Positions 37,067 through 45,109 of a DNA stretch of 45,109 nucleotides are shown piece after piece. Both the position numbers and the translations under genes were made by a program. Below the pieces are notes generated by a model. That model worked only from the letters and a program-made list of their open reading frames with translations, was not told the origin of the DNA and did no database searches. Each line of letters begins with the position of its first letter. Positions within the stretch are counted from its first letter, which is position 1. This DNA comes from Thermoplasmata archaeon (lineage in GTDB: Archaea; Thermoplasmatota; SW-10-69-26; JACQPN01; JAJPHT01), in the NCBI GenBank assembly GCA_034667685.1, contig JAXDQU010000039.1:1-45109 (forward strand), read 5' to 3'.

Positions 37067-38062
37067 GTGCGAGGCGCGTGGCTCGTCCCCTGGCTGCTGC
37101 TCGTCGCCGGCTGCACCGGCGCGCCGGCCACGGCCAACCTCACCGCCACGGCGCCCGCCGCGACCTGCGTCACCTCGCACCTCAGCGTGGACCGCACCGA
37201 CCTGCACGCCGGAGAGAAGACGCAGATCGCCCTCACGCTCGTCAACTGCGGCGACGCGCCGGCGGCGCTCGGCCTCGCGCCCTGCGGCGGCCCGTCGCTG
37301 GGCATCGCCGGCTTCGGCATCCGCGGCTGGAGGTTCATCGAGGGGGACGACGTGCCGCGCCCCACCGGCAGCCCGACCGCGGGCGCGTGCCCGCCCACGC
37401 CGCTCGTCCCGGCGGGCGGCTCGCGCGTCCTGCGCTGGAGCTGGGACGGCCACGTCCGGATGCCGATCGAGCCGTGCGCGTCGGCCGATTGCCAGCCGCT
37501 CGCGCCATGGCCGGCCGGGAACGTCTCCGTCGTCCTCGACACGCAGCCGCAGCAGCTCGTCGTGGTCGCGTGGACGCCCGCGCCCCCGTGCGCGCGGCTC
37601 GGGCTGGCCGCGGACCGCGCGCGGCTCGCGCCTGGCGAGAACGCGACGCTCGACGTGACCCTGGAGAACTGCGGCGAGGACGCGATCGCGCTGGCGCACG
37701 ACGCGGGCTGCTTCGGTCCCGCCGCGCTGGAGGTCGACCTGACGCGGGGCAACCTCACGTGGACGTTCCCCGCCCCGGACCGCACGCCCTACCGCGAGAC
37801 GATGCCCATGAGCGCGGGCCACTGCATCGGCAGCATGGGCATCGCGCGCGCGGTCGTGCCGCCGGGCGGGACGTTCCGGGAGCGCTATGCGTGGAACGGC
37901 TCCGTCTCCGAGCCTGGCCTCTGCGGCGCGCCGGACGCGTACTGCGCGCGCGACCGGCCGGCCGACCCGGGGACCTACGCGCTCGTCGCGGTGGCGTGGC
38001 CCAACCAGGATTCGACGCGCGAGGCGCGCTCCGAGACGGCGCAGATCGCATGGACCGGCTAG
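37067..38062 (+). CDS. Lipoprotein with two tandem Ig-like domains
   Basis: LLVAGC lipobox; repeats DR..L..GE...I/L.LTL.NCG..A and P.GG......WDG/WNG. Confidence 0.75.
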   Translation: MRGAWLVPWLLLVAGCTGAPATANLTATAPAATCVTSHLSVDRTDLHAGEKTQIALTLVNCGDAPAALGLAPCGGPSLGIAGFGIRGWRFIEGDDVPRPTGSPTAGACPPTPLVPAGGSRVLRWSWDGHVRMPIEPCASADCQPLAPWPAGNVSVVLDTQPQQLVVVAWTPAPPCARLGLAADRARLAPGENATLDVTLENCGEDAIALAHDAGCFGPAALEVDLTRGNLTWTFPAPDRTPYRETMPMSAGHCIGSMGIARAVVPPGGTFRERYAWNGSVSEPGLCGAPDAYCARDRPADPGTYALVAVAWPNQDSTREARSETAQIAWTG

Positions 38063-38823
38063 CCCGGGGGCCCGCGCGGCGGCGGGGGCGCGCTGCTGAT
38101 ATCAAACGTCACGGAGGCCACGTTCGTCCCGATGGGCGGCGCCTCCTGCTTGGCGCGCAGGTCCTTGAGCCGGACCACCTCGACCTGCTGCCCCTGGCCC
38201 CGGAGGATCGCGAGCATGCCGTCCACGTGCCCGTCCCCCACGACGGCCACGACGCGCTGGCCCGTCTTGGCGATCTCCACGAGGGCGCGCGCCATGTGCT
38301 CGTTGCGCTCGTCGAGCAGCACGCGCTTGAGCGTGGGGAACTTCTTGCCCATCTCGGCGAAGTAGGACGCGTAGTCCTCCTGCATCTGGGCGACCTGCTT
38401 CTCGACGTTCTTGCTCGGGATGATGACGCCCAGGAAGGCGCTGCCCGCGAGGCGCATCTTCTCGCCGAAGCGCATCTCCTTGACGAGCCGCTGGAACGTG
38501 CGCTGCGCGTCCGCGTCGATGAGCGCGAGGGGGACGCCGAGCGCCTGCGCCTCGTTGGCCGCCGCGAGCATCTCGTCGCCCGCCTCGACGCCGTACTCGT
38601 TGGCGACCTTCGTCTGGAAGTCGGCGAGCATGCGGTAGACGATCGGCGCGCCCTTGCGGTCCTGGCTCTTGTTGCGCAGCGCGTGGTAGCGCGGCGGGTC
38701 GAGCTCGATGGCGACGACGTGCGGCGCCCGCTGCCGGATCTCCTGGCGCACGCGCGCGCCGATGTCGAAGACGTGGCCCGTGCCCACGAGGGTGATCTGG
38801 CCGGGGGCCGGCGTCTCGTCCAT
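38059..38823 (-). CDS. traB: TraB/GumN domain protein
   Basis: ITLVGTGHV, VAIELD..R, G.EM..A, LLDERN..MA, VAVVGDGH. Confidence 0.88.
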   Translation of the reverse strand: MDETPAPGQITLVGTGHVFDIGARVRQEIRQRAPHVVAIELDPPRYHALRNKSQDRKGAPIVYRMLADFQTKVANEYGVEAGDEMLAAANEAQALGVPLALIDADAQRTFQRLVKEMRFGEKMRLAGSAFLGVIIPSKNVEKQVAQMQEDYASYFAEMGKKFPTLKRVLLDERNEHMARALVEIAKTGQRVVAVVGDGHVDGMLAILRGQGQQVEVVRLKDLRAKQEAPPIGTNVASVTFDISSAPPPPRGPPG

Positions 38824-38927
38824 CGCGCGCGCAAGGTGGGCCCCCATCTTGGAGGTTTTGACCCATCCGGCTGCGCAGGCGCAAAGCCCTTCTCCGGCCC
38901 GCCCGCTGGCCGCGCGGGCACACCCCC

Positions 38928-39437
38928 ATGCGCACCGCGATCCTGTCCAGCGTCCTGCTCGTCGCCGCCGCGTTCGTCGGCGTCACCTTCGCCACCCCCG
39001 GCGCCTCCGCCTGCCCGCAGCCCCAGGAGGGCCCCTCGCCCTGCGACCCGACGACCTGCCTGCCGGAGTCCGTCCAGCCGGTCTGCGTCCACGGCTGCCT
39101 GCGGTACTGCCCCGAGGCGAGCGTCAGTCTCCACTGCGTCGGCACCGCGACGAACCGCGTCTGTTACGACCCGTACGACCTCTCGTGCTTCGTGGGCGTC
39201 CAGTTCTCCGTCTCCGCGGTCTCGGGCAGCGCGTGCGTCGACTGGTGCAAGCTCATCCCCTGCCCGGGCCCCGTCATCGGCTCCAGCATCGGCTCGTGCG
39301 TCACGCCCATCTCGGGCGGCGACATCGAGGAGACGTACTGCGTCCACCCCGGCGACCACGCGTGCATCATCGAGCACCGCGAGGTCACGTTCACCGGCAC
39401 GACCGACACGTGCACCCCCGTGCCCGGGCTGCCGTAG
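38928..39437 (+). CDS. Secreted disulfide-rich protein (16 Cys)
   Basis: Signal peptide ending PGASA; six-Cys N-terminal module plus two C-x2-P-x-D-x2-C-x15-C repeats. Confidence 0.8.
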   Translation: MRTAILSSVLLVAAAFVGVTFATPGASACPQPQEGPSPCDPTTCLPESVQPVCVHGCLRYCPEASVSLHCVGTATNRVCYDPYDLSCFVGVQFSVSAVSGSACVDWCKLIPCPGPVIGSSIGSCVTPISGGDIEETYCVHPGDHACIIEHREVTFTGTTDTCTPVPGLP

Positions 39438-39465
39438 ATCGGCCTGCGCCGCCTCCGGCGGGAGG

Positions 39466-39518
39466 CATCCCGAATCACGCTCTTTTCGTCCTGATTCGGG
39501 TCTTCGTGATTCGGGATG
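39466..39518. repeat. 14-bp perfect inverted repeat (family F), possible bidirectional terminator
   Basis: CATCCCGAATCACG ... CGTGATTCGGGATG with an extra TGATTCGGG copy inside; between convergent genes. Confidence 0.7.
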
Positions 39519-39541
39519 GTCTCGCGCGGAGCGCGCCCACG

Positions 39542-39916
39542 CTACTCGCGCTCCAGCACGTGCGGCCGGCTCATGCCGAGGATCGCCAGCTCGTTGCCGC
39601 TGGGGTCCCGGAAAAGATAGCACGGCCCGTCGGGCACCTCGAAGCGCCCGCCCTCGGGCGCCCACCCCTTCTTGCGCAGCTCCTTCTCGGCCTTGGCCAG
39701 GTCGGGCACGCCGAAGATCGGCAGCACGTTGGGCGCCGTGCGGTGCCCCGCGAGGACGTAGAGCGGCGGGCGCTCCGCCAGCGCGACGGCCGCGACTCGC
39801 GTGCCGAACTCCTGGAAGTCCCAGACCACGCGGGCGCCGAGGACGTCCGTGTAGTACGCGAGGTCGCGCGCGACGTCGGCGCTCGCGACGTAGAGGTATT
39901 CGAGACGGCCCAGCAT
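39542..39916 (-). CDS. VOC / glyoxalase family protein
   Basis: YLYVASADV...YYTDVLGA..F.V.DL....L..GPCYLFRDPSGNEL. Confidence 0.85.
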   Translation of the reverse strand: MLGRLEYLYVASADVARDLAYYTDVLGARVVWDFQEFGTRVAAVALAERPPLYVLAGHRTAPNVLPIFGVPDLAKAEKELRKKGWAPEGGRFEVPDGPCYLFRDPSGNELAILGMSRPHVLERE

Positions 39917-39994
39917 GTCCCGGCGAAGGCCGGCCAAGCGCTTAAGCGAGGCGCGGCGGCTGCCCGGCGCGTGTTCCGCGCGGCAAGCCGGGCG

Positions 39995-40456
39995 ATGGCG
40001 GGCTTCGGCCTGATCGCGCTCGGGCAGCTTTGCTATCTCCTGGGCGGCCTCCAGTTCGGCGGCCGTCCGTTCGACCTGCTGCTCACGCTCGTGAGCCTCC
40101 TGGCCGCCGCGTGGGCCGCGTTCCACCTCCTGCGCGCGAGCGAGGCGGCGGACGCGACGCGCGCGGTCGCGTGGGGGCTCACGGCCTTCGCAGTGGCGCA
40201 GGGCATCGACTTCCCCTCGACCGTGGGCAGCGGCGTCAACCCCTTCACGATCGGGTTCGCGCTGCTCGTGGCGGGCGCGACCGTCGCCGCCGTGGCCGCG
40301 TGGCTCCGGTCCTCCACGACGCTGCGCGTGGGGGCCGGCATCGCCGCCGCGGGCACGGCGACCTACGTCCTGGGCGGCGCGCTCGCGGGGCTCAACGTCT
40401 TCTCCATCGGCGTCGTCGCCAGCGTCGCCGGCTGGATCCTCGTCGCGCTCGCCTGA
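39995..40456 (+). CDS. Small multi-pass membrane protein
   Basis: About six short hydrophobic helices in a threefold internal repeat (PFDL / PFTIG / VFSIG). Confidence 0.7.
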   Translation: MAGFGLIALGQLCYLLGGLQFGGRPFDLLLTLVSLLAAAWAAFHLLRASEAADATRAVAWGLTAFAVAQGIDFPSTVGSGVNPFTIGFALLVAGATVAAVAAWLRSSTTLRVGAGIAAAGTATYVLGGALAGLNVFSIGVVASVAGWILVALA

Positions 40457-40464
40457 GGCGGGGC

Positions 40465-41706
40465 TCAGCCGCGGCGGCGCAGGACCAGCAGGCCCAGCGC
40501 CAGCGCGCCCAGGAGCGCCGCGGCCTCGAAGCCCGGAGTCGCCTTGCTCGGGGCGGCGGGCGTGCTCGACGCGGGCGTCGTGGCGCCGGCGTCCGTCGCG
40601 GACGTGGGCGTCGTCGTGCCCGTGCCGGCGCCCGTGCTGGCGGCCGAGACCGTGATGTCGTGGTCGCTGAAGTGCGGCACGCTCACGGCGATGCTCACGC
40701 CCTCGTCGGTGCGCGTGACGTTGACGCCGGCGCGGGCGCCGCTGAGCGCGTCGTCGAGCGTCGCGTTGGGGAGCGTCTCGTTGTCCAGGGTGACGACCAC
40801 GGTCGCGTTGGCCGGGATCGTGTCGTTGCCGAGCTGCACGAGGACGGAGCGGCCCTCGGGCGTGTCGCTGCTGACGCGGATCGTGGCGTGGCCGTGCGAG
40901 AGCGAGGTCGCGTGCGCGCTGACGCCGAGGTCGGTCGCGTCGTCCAGGGGCGAGCCGTCCGCGTCGACGGCGGAGACGACGGCGCCGACGTGGCCGTGGG
41001 CCGCCGCCGCGATGGCCGCGTGGAGGCCGGAGGCCATGAGCTTCGACTCGGTGGTGTGGTACGCGAAGAGCAGCGAGGCGTGCGGGTCGAGCGCGACCTT
41101 GATGGTGCCGTTCGAGACGCTCGTGAACGTGCCGTTGCCCGCGATCGTCAGGTGGCCGTGCGAGGTGGCGAGGTTGAGCTTCACGGTCTGGTTCGTCGTG
41201 TCGTTCGTGATGGTCACGTTGGGCGCGAGCGCGAAGGTGAGGTTCAGGCCCGCGTCCTCCGCGCGCCAGTTGAGCAGCGCGAGCGGGTTGTTGTGGACCA
41301 TGAGCGTCGCGTTGTCGCCCTCGAGGCGCAGCACGCTGCCCGTCACGCGCACGTCGTCGGTGGCGTTGAACGGCGTGGGCGTGATGGAGGCGAAGACGGG
41401 GATCGTCGCGTTGTTCGAGACGACGTCGTAGTGGGTGATGACGCCCGTGGCGTTGTCGAGGCCGAAGCTCACGAAGCGGCCCGTCGCGGTGCCGTTGGCG
41501 TAGGCGAGCTTGGCGAAGAGGCGGTGGCTCTCCGCGGCGGCGAGGCCGTGGCCGCGGGCGCTCTCCGAGAGGTTCGCCCAGGGCCCGTCGGGGTGCGTGC
41601 GGGCGGACGCGTTGCCGTCGCGGCCCGCGGGGGGCGCGGCGAGGGCGGCGAGCGACGTCGCAAGGAGCGCGACGCCGACGAGAAGGACGGTCATGGTTCG
41701 GCGCAT
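40465..41706 (-). CDS. PGF-CTERM cell-surface glycoprotein (archaeosortase substrate)
   Basis: Signal peptide; many N-x-T/S sequons; Thr-rich linker; TPGFEAAALLGALALGLLVLRRRG C-terminus. Confidence 0.9.
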   Translation of the reverse strand: MRRTMTVLLVGVALLATSLAALAAPPAGRDGNASARTHPDGPWANLSESARGHGLAAAESHRLFAKLAYANGTATGRFVSFGLDNATGVITHYDVVSNNATIPVFASITPTPFNATDDVRVTGSVLRLEGDNATLMVHNNPLALLNWRAEDAGLNLTFALAPNVTITNDTTNQTVKLNLATSHGHLTIAGNGTFTSVSNGTIKVALDPHASLLFAYHTTESKLMASGLHAAIAAAAHGHVGAVVSAVDADGSPLDDATDLGVSAHATSLSHGHATIRVSSDTPEGRSVLVQLGNDTIPANATVVVTLDNETLPNATLDDALSGARAGVNVTRTDEGVSIAVSVPHFSDHDITVSAASTGAGTGTTTPTSATDAGATTPASSTPAAPSKATPGFEAAALLGALALGLLVLRRRG

Positions 41707-41871
41707 GGTAACCAGGGCGCGACTTGGGCTTCCTCGGAAAAGGGTGCCGACCCTGCATCCGCGGTCCAGGCGAGCGCCTGCGGGCGAGCGCCGCGCGAGA
41801 CGCGAGGGCCGGGCGGCCTCCGCGCTCGCGGGCGCCACGTTGAAGAGACGGCGCGGGCGTGGCCGCGTCGC

Positions 41872-42066
41872 ATGCGCACCACGATCCTTCTCGCCGCCGC
41901 CCTGCTCTTCGCCACGACCGCCGTCGTGGTCGCCGCGCCCACCGCGATGGCCTGCCAGCCGGAGACGCCCGACTGCGGCTCCTCGGTTTGTCTCCCGGAC
42001 CCCATCCACACGTGCCTGCTGCACTGCGGCACGATCACGCTCTGCCCCTACTCGCCGAGCTCCTGA
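41872..42066 (+). CDS. 64-aa secreted six-Cys peptide, paralog of 38928-39437
   Basis: MRTTILLAAALLFATTAVVVAAPTAMA-CQPETPDCGSSVCLPDPIHTCLLHCGTITLCPYSPSS; appears only as the tail of shadow ORF 40030-42066. Confidence 0.75.
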   Translation: MRTTILLAAALLFATTAVVVAAPTAMACQPETPDCGSSVCLPDPIHTCLLHCGTITLCPYSPSS

Positions 42067-42067
42067 G

Positions 42068-43750
42068 CTATCGGTAGCTCAAGAGCGGCGCGACCTGCTT
42101 GGCGACGGCCGGGTCGTCGAGCGCCTTCGCCACGTCCTCGTCGCTGCGGAAGGGCCGCTTGAGCGAGAGCCGCACCGCGCGCTTCTTGCCCACGCCCGGC
42201 AACGCCTCGATGGCCTTCAGGTTCGCGTGGTTGATATCGAACGGGACGGCGACCCCGGTGAGGCTGCGGAAGCCGTAGTCCGTGACCGCCACGTCGACCC
42301 AGGCGTTGGCGGGGATCTCGTAGGGGATGCCCACGAGCATCGCGTACGTCCCGATGGGGCGCCCGAACGTCGTCTTGCCCTCGTGCTGCTCGGTGAAGAC
42401 GCGCCTGAGCACGGTGCCCTGGGGGAACATCGCGCGAAGGAGCGGCTGGTCGATCTCCTCGCGCACGAAGCGCTTGAAGTCGAGGAAGCGCTTCTGGTCG
42501 ACGCCCTGCGACTCCATGCCGTTCATGACGACCTTGCGGATGTTGATGCGGCGCGCCCACAGGCCGCGCGCGACGTACTCGCGCAGGAACGCCTTGTTCA
42601 GCTCGTAGGTCTCGGCGCCCTCGCCGGGCAGCCCCGCGATGAAGTTGAGGCCGGGCAGGAACGCCGGGAAGCCGTTCGCGCCGCGCAGCTTGCCGTGGCG
42701 GTTGAGGATCTCCGCGGCCTGGAGGACGATCTCGGCGTCCGCGTTGAGGTTGTTCGCCTCCTTCACCGCCGGGTCGGCGCTCTCCAGGCCGAACGCCGCG
42801 ATGTTGCCGTCCGTCATGTAGCGCACGACGAGCTTCGTCACCGCATCGGAGGCCTCCGGGTTCGCGGCGACGACGGCGGGATCCACGTTGTCGAGGTGCA
42901 GCGTGTGCAGGCCGGGCGCCGCGCCGTGGATGCCGCGCAGCAGCGCCTCGATCGCGGCGGGGTCCGGCTCCGGCGTCGGCGTCTCGCCAAGCCCCTTCGC
43001 GTGATAGCTGTAGAAGCACGCCTGGCCGCCGAGGCGGAAGTTGACGACGCCCTCGCGCGCGAGCGCCGCGACCTCGGCGACGACGTCCTCGACCGGGCGG
43101 AACGCGGGCTTCCCCTCCTTGGGCTCCAGGCAGAACGCGCAGCCGCCGTTGACGTAGCGCACGCAGCCGTGGTACGTGTCGAGCTCGGCCGTAAGCGGCT
43201 GGGGCATGTCGGGGTGGTCGCGCACCACGAACGCGCCGCGCACGCTCCAGTCGCGCCACTCGGCGAACGTGCGCTTGCGGTTCGCCTTGCCGTACCCCCC
43301 GATGATATCATGGAGGAGCGCGTCGCCGTGCAGCCGCGCGCGGTGCGTGAAGACCTTGTCGAGGTCCTCCTTGCCCGCGGGCGGAAGGCCGCCGCCGCGC
43401 CCGAAGCCGTAGAGCGCCGAGGCGCCCGCGATCATGGTCTCGCCCGGCACCAGGCGTACTACGTCCTGCGCCTCGCGCCACGACACGGGCGTCCCGCGCA
43501 GGTACTTGCCCGGCACGAGCGCGCCCGCGATCATCACGAGCAGGTCCGCGTGGCGCACGAGGTCGTTCTTCGGCGATCCGCGGCGCCACTCGTCGATCGT
43601 GAGGTAGCGCACCTCGGCCTCGGGGTCGGCGGCCTTCGCGGCGCCCGCCATGTAGCGCGCGTGCGGGCTCAGGTACGGAGGGACGCCGAAGTTGGCCGGC
43701 TCGTCGACGTAGCCGTCGAAGAGGAGAATGCGCCTCTTCAGAGGCGCCAC
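42068..43750 (-). CDS. Radical SAM protein with TRAM-like and C-terminal helix-hairpin-helix regions (COG1031-like)
   Basis: DGYVDEPANFGVPPY, GC-x7-CAFC cluster motif, AFGLESAD, LPGVGKKRA HhH; start uncertain. Confidence 0.85.
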   Translation of the reverse strand: MAPLKRRILLFDGYVDEPANFGVPPYLSPHARYMAGAAKAADPEAEVRYLTIDEWRRGSPKNDLVRHADLLVMIAGALVPGKYLRGTPVSWREAQDVVRLVPGETMIAGASALYGFGRGGGLPPAGKEDLDKVFTHRARLHGDALLHDIIGGYGKANRKRTFAEWRDWSVRGAFVVRDHPDMPQPLTAELDTYHGCVRYVNGGCAFCLEPKEGKPAFRPVEDVVAEVAALAREGVVNFRLGGQACFYSYHAKGLGETPTPEPDPAAIEALLRGIHGAAPGLHTLHLDNVDPAVVAANPEASDAVTKLVVRYMTDGNIAAFGLESADPAVKEANNLNADAEIVLQAAEILNRHGKLRGANGFPAFLPGLNFIAGLPGEGAETYELNKAFLREYVARGLWARRINIRKVVMNGMESQGVDQKRFLDFKRFVREEIDQPLLRAMFPQGTVLRRVFTEQHEGKTTFGRPIGTYAMLVGIPYEIPANAWVDVAVTDYGFRSLTGVAVPFDINHANLKAIEALPGVGKKRAVRLSLKRPFRSDEDVAKALDDPAVAKQVAPLLSYR

Positions 43751-43894
43751 CTCCTTTTCGATAGGCCGGACCGCAGTCCGGCCGTGTCGAACAAGACGAC
43801 GCGGCGCATGCCGCTCCACCAAGGCGGCTGCCTCTTCAAGGTTCCGGGGCCGCGAGCCACGCCAGCGGCGTTTCCAGGCTCGACGGCTACGGCT

Positions 43895-44116
43895 CTATTC
43901 CACGTCGAGCGCCCGCGCCTCGCCCGACTCCAGCAGCTCGTCGATGCGCCCCTGCGCGGCGTCGAGGCGGGCGCGGAGCCTGCGCGCGAGGGCGACGCCC
44001 TCCTCGAAGCGCTTCATCGCCTCGTCGAGGCCCAGCTCGCCGCCCTCGAGCTGCTGCACGATGGCGTCCAGCGCCTCGATCTCGTCCTCGAACGTCGTCT
44101 CCGCCTTCTTCGCCAT
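43895..44116 (-). CDS. xseB: Exodeoxyribonuclease VII small subunit
   Basis: FEDEIEALDAIVQQLE.GEL.LDEAMKRFEEG..L; directly after xseA. Confidence 0.92.
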   Translation of the reverse strand: MAKKAETTFEDEIEALDAIVQQLEGGELGLDEAMKRFEEGVALARRLRARLDAAQGRIDELLESGEARALDVE

Positions 44117-44117
44117 G

Positions 44118-45109
44118 CTATCGTTCCTCCACGCGCGCGGGCAGGTCGCCGTCGCGCAGCTTGACCGTGATCCGGGACCCGGGCGGCGCGTCGGCCGGGC
44201 TGCGCAGCACCTTGCCCTCGCGCGTCGCGATGGCGTAGCCGCGCCCCAGCACCGCGAGGGGCGAGAGCGCGTCGAGCCGCGCCGCGCGCTGGGCGAGCAG
44301 GTCCGCCTCGCGCCCGACGCGGGACGAGAGCGCCTTCGCCATGCGGGAGAGCGCGTCGTCCACTTCCTGCTGGAAAGCCGGCACGAGGTCCTCCAGCGCG
44401 CGGACCAGGCGCGACTCCGCCTCGCCGATCGCGTCGAGCAGCGCGCCCGCGTCCGGCGCCAGCAGCTCGGCCGCGGCGGTGGGCGTGCTCGCGCGCGCGT
44501 CGGCCGCGAAGTCGCAGAGGGTATAGTCTGTTTCGTGTCCCACCGCAGACACGATGGGGACGCGGCACGCGGCGACCGCGCGCACGAGCGTCTCCTCGTT
44601 GAACGCCCAGAGGTTCTCCAGCGCGCCCCCGCCACGCGCCACGACGATGACGTCCACGTCCGCGCGTTCGAGGCGGCGCAGCGCGGCCACGAGGCTCGCG
44701 GCGGCCTCGTCGCCCTGCACGCGCGCGTCGGCGATGAGCAGCCTCGCGGCGGGGTTGCGGCGCTTGGCCGTGCGGACGATATCACGAAGGACCGCGCCCG
44801 AGAGGCTCGTGACGACGCCGATGCGCTGCGGGAAGCGCGGCAGCGGACGCTTGCGCTCCGGCGCGAAGAGCCCCTCGGCCTCCAGCCGGCGGCGCATCTG
44901 GTCGAACGCGAGCGCGAGCGCGCCCACGCCGACCGGGCGCAGGTCGCGCACGACGACCTGCAGCTCGCTGCGCTTGGCGTACACGCCCACCGCGCCGCGC
45001 GCCAGCACCTCCATGCCCTCCTGGGGCGCGAACTTGACGCGCGCGTTCTGCTGGCGGAACATCGCCGCGTGGATCACCCCCGTCTCGTCCTTGAGGTCGA
45101 AGTACCAGT
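44118..45109 (-). CDS. xseA: Exodeoxyribonuclease VII large subunit (5' end outside window)
   Basis: YFDLKD, EGLF..RKRPLP.FP..IGVVTS..GAV.RDI, RGGG..E.LW.FN.E, SAVGHETD..D.RA.TPTAAAE, RGY. Confidence 0.95.
   Translation of the reverse strand, partial: WYFDLKDETGVIHAAMFRQQNARVKFAPQEGMEVLARGAVGVYAKRSELQVVVRDLRPVGVGALALAFDQMRRRLEAEGLFAPERKRPLPRFPQRIGVVTSLSGAVLRDIVRTAKRRNPAARLLIADARVQGDEAAASLVAALRRLERADVDVIVVARGGGALENLWAFNEETLVRAVAACRVPIVSAVGHETDYTLCDFAADARASTPTAAAELLAPDAGALLDAIGEAESRLVRALEDLVPAFQQEVDDALSRMAKALSSRVGREADLLAQRAARLDALSPLAVLGRGYAIATREGKVLRSPADAPPGSRITVKLRDGDLPARVEER

Noticed and set aside
38059-38823. traB as evidence of a conjugative element
   Set aside because: TraB/GumN proteins are ordinary chromosomal genes in archaea; no other transfer genes present
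39542-41758. 738-aa ORF ending in a VOC domain; similarly 21465-23243, 26711-30082 and 43895-44785
   Set aside because: N-terminal parts are off-frame overlaps of upstream genes; the real genes start at internal ATGs (39916, 22434, 27434, 44116)
41872-43750. Ranthipeptide/sactipeptide cluster (six-Cys peptide next to a radical SAM)
   Set aside because: Genes are convergent, the peptide has a Sec signal, and the enzyme shows no SPASM/RRE features and resembles a widespread HhH-type family

Overview
High-GC (roughly 70% by eye) archaeal chromosomal segment. FEN1, eIF5A, Cbf5, SecE/SecY, archaeal Adk/Cmk, DUF106, a SAMP-like ubiquitin-fold protein and a PGF-CTERM protein, without the haloarchaeal acidic bias, suggest a euryarchaeon, most plausibly Thermoplasmatota (inference). 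Housekeeping content: fen, lpdA, bacterial-type argC-J-B-D, secE/secY head-to-head, mntR, cysM, pyrF, eIF5A, IMPase plus NAD kinase, adk-DUF106-cmk, cbf5, traB, a radical SAM-HhH protein and xseBA. These are interspersed with many secreted or membrane hypotheticals and at least six families of short palindromic intergenic repeats. Most notable: (1) an AT-rich palindrome TGATATC(A/G) iterated 14 times, mostly inside genes and against the codon bias; (2) two paralogous secreted disulfide-rich proteins, one hidden as the tail of a shadow ORF in the track; (3) two signal peptide-ectodomain-TM-tandem wHTH membrane-tethered regulators, one inserted with a divergent Gly-rich secreted protein between cmk and cbf5; (4) a candidate structured ncRNA upstream of mntR; (5) a C-terminally capped SAMP2-like protein with two JAMM proteases and CysM in the window. 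No rRNA, tRNA, CRISPR array or transposase was recognised.
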